From positions 2,325 through 66,324 of the forward strand of contig JAZLHV010000046.1 of NCBI GenBank assembly GCA_045617045.1: a stretch of DNA of 64,000 bases, in the 5' to 3' direction. The notes under the pieces are model-generated. The model did not search any database, had not been told where the DNA came from, and saw only the letters and a list, made by a program, of their open reading frames with translations. Below are positions 58,486 to 64,000 of this stretch, piece by piece (position 1 is the first letter of the stretch; each line of letters starts with the position of its first letter). A program made the translations under genes and the position numbers. The stretch is from Lachnospiraceae bacterium (GTDB lineage Bacteria > Bacillota > Clostridia > Lachnospirales > Lachnospiraceae).

Positions 58486-59549
58486 TAATGAAAAAATCAT
58501 TTGTAAATGCGTATGTAAAACCATTTGCGGTAACAATAGTCTTGCTGGGCGTGATTATTGCAGGAGTTTTCGCAAACTCCAAAAAGAACGCTTCTTATAC
58601 GGAAAACCTGATCGCTATGGACACTACGATGACACTTACGGAGTACGGCACCGATACAATAAGCTCTGCCATGCGGGAATGTCTCAGGGAAATTGTTCTT
58701 GAAGACAACCTTTTAAGTGTCACAAATCCCAATAGCGAGATTTATAAACTCAACCGTGCAAAAGAAAAATTTTCTGTTGAAAAAAATGTTTTTGACTTGA
58801 TCGAAAAGTCTGTAAAGACATGTGACATGACAGGCAAAAACCTTGATATTTCAATATATCCGCTGGTGAGGGCGTGGGGATTTACGACAGAAGACTACCG
58901 GGTTTTGGAGGAGGCTTTTATAGATGATTTGCTGAGGTTTGTTGACTGTGACGGTATTAAGCTTGACCGCAACGGTTATTATGTAACACTTCCCGACAAT
59001 GCGGAAATCGATCTTGGTGCGGTTGCCAAGGGAAACCTTGGCAATGTATTGCGGGATATACTTGAAAGTCACGGCGTTAAGTCCGCCAACTTAAATCTTG
59101 GCGGTAATGTCGTTTTGATCGGCGCTAAGCCCGATGGCAGCAAATTTAACATTGCGGTTGTTAATCCCGATAACGTAAACGGGTTTATCGGAATTTTGAA
59201 CGTTTCGGATACATCTGTGGTTACGTCAGGTGCCTATGAAAGGTTTTTCGAAGATGACAACGGCAATGTATACGGTCACATCATTAATCCCAAGACAGGA
59301 TATCCGGCTGCGTCCGGGTACAAGTCCGTAACCGTAGTATGCAAGGATTCTTTTCTGGCCGATGCATATTCAACGGCTCTTTATGTAATGGGGCCTGCGG
59401 ATGCTGAGAAGTTTTACAGACAAAACAGCGATTTTGAATTCATAGGCGTATCGGATGATAGTTTGATTTATGTTTCGGAAGGCTTAAAAGATGTCTTTTT
59501 GCCGGGAGAGGATATGGCCGATAAAATAGTTTATGTGGAGAGGTATTAA
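58482..59549 (+). CDS. apbE: FAD:protein FMN transferase
   Basis: AMDT, DLGAVAKG, NLGGNV, VTSGAYER, HIINPKTG, ADAYSTA. Confidence 0.92.
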   Translation: MIMKKSFVNAYVKPFAVTIVLLGVIIAGVFANSKKNASYTENLIAMDTTMTLTEYGTDTISSAMRECLREIVLEDNLLSVTNPNSEIYKLNRAKEKFSVEKNVFDLIEKSVKTCDMTGKNLDISIYPLVRAWGFTTEDYRVLEEAFIDDLLRFVDCDGIKLDRNGYYVTLPDNAEIDLGAVAKGNLGNVLRDILESHGVKSANLNLGGNVVLIGAKPDGSKFNIAVVNPDNVNGFIGILNVSDTSVVTSGAYERFFEDDNGNVYGHIINPKTGYPAASGYKSVTVVCKDSFLADAYSTALYVMGPADAEKFYRQNSDFEFIGVSDDSLIYVSEGLKDVFLPGEDMADKIVYVERY

Positions 59550-61081
59550 TGTATAAAGCTTTGTTTGCAAAAATAAAAGAAGCGTTGTTTTCAGTATTGC
59601 CGATTACTCTGATAGTTGTATTTGCTTCATTTACTCCCCTGTATGATTTGTCGCGGCAGGAGTTGACGGTATTTGGCATATGTTCGGCATGCATGATTAT
59701 AGGAATTGCGCTGTTTAATTTAGGGGCCGATCTTGCCATGATGCCTATGGGTGAATATGTCGGAAGCGGTCTTGCCAAGACAGGTAATCTCAAGGCGTTG
59801 TTAGGTACGTGTTTTTTGCTGGGAGTGCTGATTACAATGGCGGAGCCTGATTTAACGGTTTTGGCCGATCAGGTGTCAGCGGTCATGAACAGCACTGTAT
59901 TAATAATCGCAGTGGGGGTGGGCGTCGGCCTGTTTTTATTGTTTTCGATTTTGAAAATAGTATTCAAAAAAAGTCTGGCGTCAATGCTTATGTTGTTCTA
60001 TATGGCGTTGTTTGCCCTTTCGGCATTGTTGATTGAAACCGGCCGTGATAACTTTTTGCCGCTTTCTTTTGATTCGGGCGGTGTTACAACCGGACCTATT
60101 ACGGTTCCGTTCATTATGGCACTGGGAGTCGGTATTGCAACGACTATCGGCGGACGTAATGCCAATGAAAATTCGTTCGGACTTATTGCGCTATGCTCTA
60201 TCGGACCGATGCTTGCGGTTTTGATGCTGTCGTTGTTTTCGAGCGGTTCGCTCACATATTCTTTGCCGGATTATTCACTTAATACAATTTTAAATAACGG
60301 GATTGGCTCAATTTTAGCTTCGGTTGCGGTGGAAGTATTTAAAGCTTTAGGCCTTATTGTTTTATTTTTCCTGGTGCTGCAGGCAGTTTTGCTGAAATTG
60401 CCGCAAGGCAAGGTTGTTAAGATATTTATCGGTATAGCGTATACGTTTGCCGGGCTTGTTCTTTTCTTAACATCGGCGGCGGTAGGCTTCGTGCCGGTCG
60501 GCTTCTTAATCGGTTCACAGTTGGTGAGTCACAAGCTTTCGGTTATTGCCGTTGCAGGATTGGTAATCGGAATTGTGACTGTGCTTGCGGAGCCGGCAAT
60601 TCATGTTTTGAATAAGCAGGTTGAAGAAATAACCGACGGCGCGGTTACAAAACGCTCTATGCTTATAGCACTTGCAATAGGTGTCGGCGTGGCAATCGGT
60701 CTTTCACTTGTCAGGATTGTCGCAGGATTTTCACTTTTGTATTACGTAATTCCCGGATATTTTATTTCGCTGTGTCTGTCTCTTTTTGTGCCCCAAATTT
60801 ATACAGCCATTGCGTTTGACTCGGGCGGTGTCGCATCCGGACCGTTAACCTCAAGCTTTATTTTACCCTTAGCAATCGGTGTGTGTGCCTCGGTATGGGG
60901 CGCTGAAGGCGTTCTCCAATATGCGTTCGGCGTGGTTTCAATGGTGGCGATGGCACCGTTGATTACCATACAGGTTTTGGGCTTTAAGGCAATTGCCTCA
61001 AGGGCAGTGCGTGAGCGCAAGGTTATGAAGCGTATTTTAGATGCGGATGATGAACAGATAATATATTTTGAGATGAAATAG
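59549..61081 (+). CDS. DUF1538 membrane protein (two fused repeats)
   Basis: AEPDL...DSGGVTTGP and AEPAI...DSGGVASGP. Confidence 0.88.
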   Translation: MYKALFAKIKEALFSVLPITLIVVFASFTPLYDLSRQELTVFGICSACMIIGIALFNLGADLAMMPMGEYVGSGLAKTGNLKALLGTCFLLGVLITMAEPDLTVLADQVSAVMNSTVLIIAVGVGVGLFLLFSILKIVFKKSLASMLMLFYMALFALSALLIETGRDNFLPLSFDSGGVTTGPITVPFIMALGVGIATTIGGRNANENSFGLIALCSIGPMLAVLMLSLFSSGSLTYSLPDYSLNTILNNGIGSILASVAVEVFKALGLIVLFFLVLQAVLLKLPQGKVVKIFIGIAYTFAGLVLFLTSAAVGFVPVGFLIGSQLVSHKLSVIAVAGLVIGIVTVLAEPAIHVLNKQVEEITDGAVTKRSMLIALAIGVGVAIGLSLVRIVAGFSLLYYVIPGYFISLCLSLFVPQIYTAIAFDSGGVASGPLTSSFILPLAIGVCASVWGAEGVLQYAFGVVSMVAMAPLITIQVLGFKAIASRAVRERKVMKRILDADDEQIIYFEMK

Positions 61082-61088
61082 GTGGAAA

Positions 61089-61466
61089 ATGGCACAGGCA
61101 AAAACAAACAAAGAAAACACATCTACAAATTCCCTGATGCTGATGGTTACAATTGTGGACAGACGCAAGGCGGAGTTTTACACCGATCTTATACAGTCGC
61201 TTGGCGCGAATGTTTCTTTTACGTCATTCGGTGAAGGCACCGCGGATGCCGGCATGATGTCGCTTATGGGACTTACAAATTCCGAGAAGGCTGTTCTTTT
61301 CAGTGTAATTCGTAAAGACAGGCAAAAAGAAATTCTGGAAACCCTGGATGATAAATTTAAATCCATAAAAAACGGAAAAGGTGTATGTGTTACAATTCCG
61401 TTCTCGAGTGTAATCGGTGTAAATCTTTTTAATTTTTTGTGTGATAATCGCATGACATTAATGTAA
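61089..61466 (+). CDS. P-II-like regulatory protein
   Basis: LMVTIVDR...GEGTA...EKAVL...GKGVCVTIP. Confidence 0.75.
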   Translation: MAQAKTNKENTSTNSLMLMVTIVDRRKAEFYTDLIQSLGANVSFTSFGEGTADAGMMSLMGLTNSEKAVLFSVIRKDRQKEILETLDDKFKSIKNGKGVCVTIPFSSVIGVNLFNFLCDNRMTLM

Positions 61467-61501
61467 CAGGGCAGTGCGGTATTAGATTTTGGAGGCAAAA
61501 T

Positions 61502-61837
61502 ATGTCAGATATTACTTATGAAATGGTTATTTGTATAGTAAACGCGGGTTATTCGGATACTGTTATGGAGGCAGCCAAGACCGCAGGAGCGCGTGGCGGA
61601 ACGGTTCTTCATGCAAGGGGGACGGCCAATAAAGAGGCGGAGGCCTTTTTCCAAATATCGATTGAACCCGAGAAAGATCTTGTGATGATGATTGTTCCTT
61701 CAAATATTAAGGACGCGGTATTACATGAGATTTATCAAAAAGCCGGGTTAGATTCAAAGGGGCAGGGAATTGCTTTTTCGCTTCCGGTGGACAAAACAGT
61801 GGGACTGGGGAAGGTATCGGAGTCTGCAAAAGAATGA
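61502..61837 (+). CDS. P-II family regulatory protein
   Basis: AAKTAGARGGTVLHARGT...GQGIAFSLPV. Confidence 0.85.
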   Translation: MSDITYEMVICIVNAGYSDTVMEAAKTAGARGGTVLHARGTANKEAEAFFQISIEPEKDLVMMIVPSNIKDAVLHEIYQKAGLDSKGQGIAFSLPVDKTVGLGKVSESAKE

Positions 61838-61927
61838 TGAAGTAAAAATTTTTGAGTTGTATTAATGATAACTTAATTCAGCAATATTATAATTTTTACA
61901 CTAAATTAAGATAAGCAGGGATTTCTG

Positions 61928-64000
61928 ATGGTAAATGTAATAGCCCGAATAGGTTTTATATTGATAAATGTTCTTTTCATATTCTTAACGGTAAAAACGT
62001 TTTGCAAACGCACTAAACTCGGTAATAATCTGGGGCGTGCGCTTCTTTTGATATATTTGATTTTGTGGGCATATACGGTTAACAACTATTGTCACGATGG
62101 AAAATTCTCAGAATATCTGGTTGGTCTTGAACATATTCTGACAGGTTGGGCGCTTTTGTCGCTTCTTTTGTTCGCATATGCATTTACCGAGCGCGAGATT
62201 AAGGCGGGGTACAGAGCCTGCTTCGGTGCTCTTGTGCTGGTGGATACGGTGATTTTGTTTACCAATCCCATCAATCATTACGCCGGCGGTTATGCAGTGC
62301 GTGAAAAGGGAGAACTTTCTTACACGTACATGACCCCCAATCTTTTGTATTACTACCATATTTTTGTATGTTGTCTGCTTATTTTCTTTGTATATTATAC
62401 TATGCTGAGGCGTGTTGTCGTAACGTCAAAGTATTATAGGTTAAAGTATGATGCGATACTTATTGTTTTGACGTTGTCCATTGTGTTGAACGCTTTGTTT
62501 ACGCTTAACCGGGAAATGTTTTTTGACCTGTCAAAGCTTGCTTTTATGTTTGGCATTCTTTTCATGTACGGTTGTGTGTATTTGTTTAAGCCAATAGGGT
62601 TAATGCCGAAACTTCGCAGATATGTAGATGATAACATTTCAGACGCTACCGCACTGTATGACTGTGACGGTAAGCTTTTGGATATGAATGATTCGGGCAA
62701 GCGCCTGTTTGACGGCAAGGATTTTTCAACCGTAGATAAAATGATGGATATAATCGGTAATCCGCCTGTAGGAAAATCGATGTATGTTTCGGATAATCCG
62801 GCCACAAAGAAGGCCTATGAGGTTATTTACACCCCCATACATGATGAGAAAAACTATCTTGTATCCACGGTATTTATATTCCACGATGCGACCGAAACAG
62901 AGCGTCAGCTTAAAAAAGAACATCATATAGCAACATTCGATCAGCTTACGGGTTCTTATAATCGTTTGGGCTTCCTGGAGGAGGCCGAAAAGTATATTAA
63001 AAAGCATGGTTCCGAGGGCGCGTATGCATTAATTATCAGCGGTATCAATAACTTTAAAGGCTTTAACAGTTTGTACGGTACGCGTAGCGGCGATATTGCG
63101 CTTAAAGAAATAGCTTCGATATATCATAATTATCACCATGAATTTCCGATGATTTACGGTCGTACTGCCGAGGGCAAATTCGGGTGCATAGTTCCGATTG
63201 AATATGTTGATGCAATTGTAAATGCGCTGTCCAGTATTCCGCTTAAAATCGGTGATGACACCGAGGTAAAGATAGAAATGTCGCATGGCTTTGTGCTGAT
63301 GAGAGATCTTTCGCAAAGCGTTTCGCATTACTACGAGCTGGCACTTTTGGCACTTGCAAGGTGCAAGAAATCTTCAAAGGTTCAGCTTTTGGAATATACG
63401 CAAAGCATGGAAGACGAGCAGCATCGTAAGCAGCTTCTTTTGACCGAGATGCGCGATGCCATTGAAAAGAATGAGTTCTTTATAGAGATACAGCCCCAGA
63501 TAGATTTAAAAACAAATCGTGTGTCCGGCGGCGAAGCTCTTGTGAGATGGCATCATCCGTCCCTTGGCAGAATTGCGCCCGGCGATTTTGTGCCGCTGTT
63601 TGAAAGTAACGGTTTCATAACCGAACTCGATCAGTTTGTGTGGGAGCAGGCCGCCAAGACAATTGCCTATTTTGAAGAAAACGGCATTTTCGCAGGCCCG
63701 CTTTCGGTCAATGTTTCGCAGGTGGATATTGAAAGCATAGATGTACCCGCAAAGCTTGCGGAAATCGTTGATAAGTATGATATCATGCCTTCAAAGCTTC
63801 ACATTGAGATAACGGAAAGCGCATGTGCCGAGAACCGTTATTCACTTATACGTACTTTAAAGGAATTGCGGGCTAAAGGCTTTATCGTGGAAATCGATGA
63901 TTTCGGAAGCGGTTATTCTTCTTTAAATGCACTTATGGATATTCCGTTTGATGTTGTAAAGCTGGATATGGTATTCATGAAAGATTCCAATTTTGACGAA
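61928..64000 (+). CDS. Membrane sensor with PAS, degenerate GGDEF and EAL domains (3' end runs off the window)
   Basis: Hydrophobic N-terminus; D.LTG.YNR; RTAEGKF at the GGDEF position; GGEALVRW, EITES, EIDDFGSGYSS in the same frame as ATG 61928. Confidence 0.85.
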   Translation, partial: MVNVIARIGFILINVLFIFLTVKTFCKRTKLGNNLGRALLLIYLILWAYTVNNYCHDGKFSEYLVGLEHILTGWALLSLLLFAYAFTEREIKAGYRACFGALVLVDTVILFTNPINHYAGGYAVREKGELSYTYMTPNLLYYYHIFVCCLLIFFVYYTMLRRVVVTSKYYRLKYDAILIVLTLSIVLNALFTLNREMFFDLSKLAFMFGILFMYGCVYLFKPIGLMPKLRRYVDDNISDATALYDCDGKLLDMNDSGKRLFDGKDFSTVDKMMDIIGNPPVGKSMYVSDNPATKKAYEVIYTPIHDEKNYLVSTVFIFHDATETERQLKKEHHIATFDQLTGSYNRLGFLEEAEKYIKKHGSEGAYALIISGINNFKGFNSLYGTRSGDIALKEIASIYHNYHHEFPMIYGRTAEGKFGCIVPIEYVDAIVNALSSIPLKIGDDTEVKIEMSHGFVLMRDLSQSVSHYYELALLALARCKKSSKVQLLEYTQSMEDEQHRKQLLLTEMRDAIEKNEFFIEIQPQIDLKTNRVSGGEALVRWHHPSLGRIAPGDFVPLFESNGFITELDQFVWEQAAKTIAYFEENGIFAGPLSVNVSQVDIESIDVPAKLAEIVDKYDIMPSKLHIEITESACAENRYSLIRTLKELRAKGFIVEIDDFGSGYSSLNALMDIPFDVVKLDMVFMKDSNFDE

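Noticed and set aside
1302-63328. Many 60-200 aa ORF-track entries nested in or antisense to long genes
   Set aside because: They are shadow frames without RBS or motifs. The exception retained is 44921-45388, which is supported by the recombination sites.
1-64000. CRISPR array, rRNA, IS elements
   Set aside because: No regularly spaced repeats, rRNA-like sequence or transposase motifs were seen.

Overview
Lachnospiraceae-like (Clostridia) chromosomal window. Host genes occupy 1-14.7 kb (LacI, malQ, purL, queH, argS, ispF, GH5, tRNA-Val/Met/Pro) and 47.3-64 kb (truncated ABC permease, GH43, guaD, rlmD, GT4, radical SAM, PL11 lyase, nadE, apbE, DUF1538/P-II, GGDEF-EAL). Between them is an apparently complete ~32.6 kb temperate siphophage with an A118-like head/tail module, integrated in the 3' end of a tRNA-Pro that has an unusual AGG anticodon (26-bp att core at 14674-14699 and 47300-47325). 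Main discoveries: (1) a nested double-inversion tail-fibre shufflon at 44208-45423, with four 20-bp sites CG-NN-WAA-[6-bp spacer]-TTT-NN-CG in two spacer classes that could give four in-frame receptor-binding proteins, and no adjacent invertase; (2) two adjacent putative DNA-modification genes, each frameshifted at a poly-G tract (candidate phase variation); (3) near-absence of GATC and AGCT in the prophage except where they overlap CG or GCWGC contexts; (4) three phage glycosyltransferases; (5) a candidate LexA-controlled 40-aa antirepressor; (6) an inverted second copy of the att core fused to a truncated host permease. All counts are from manual reading; no database searches were run.
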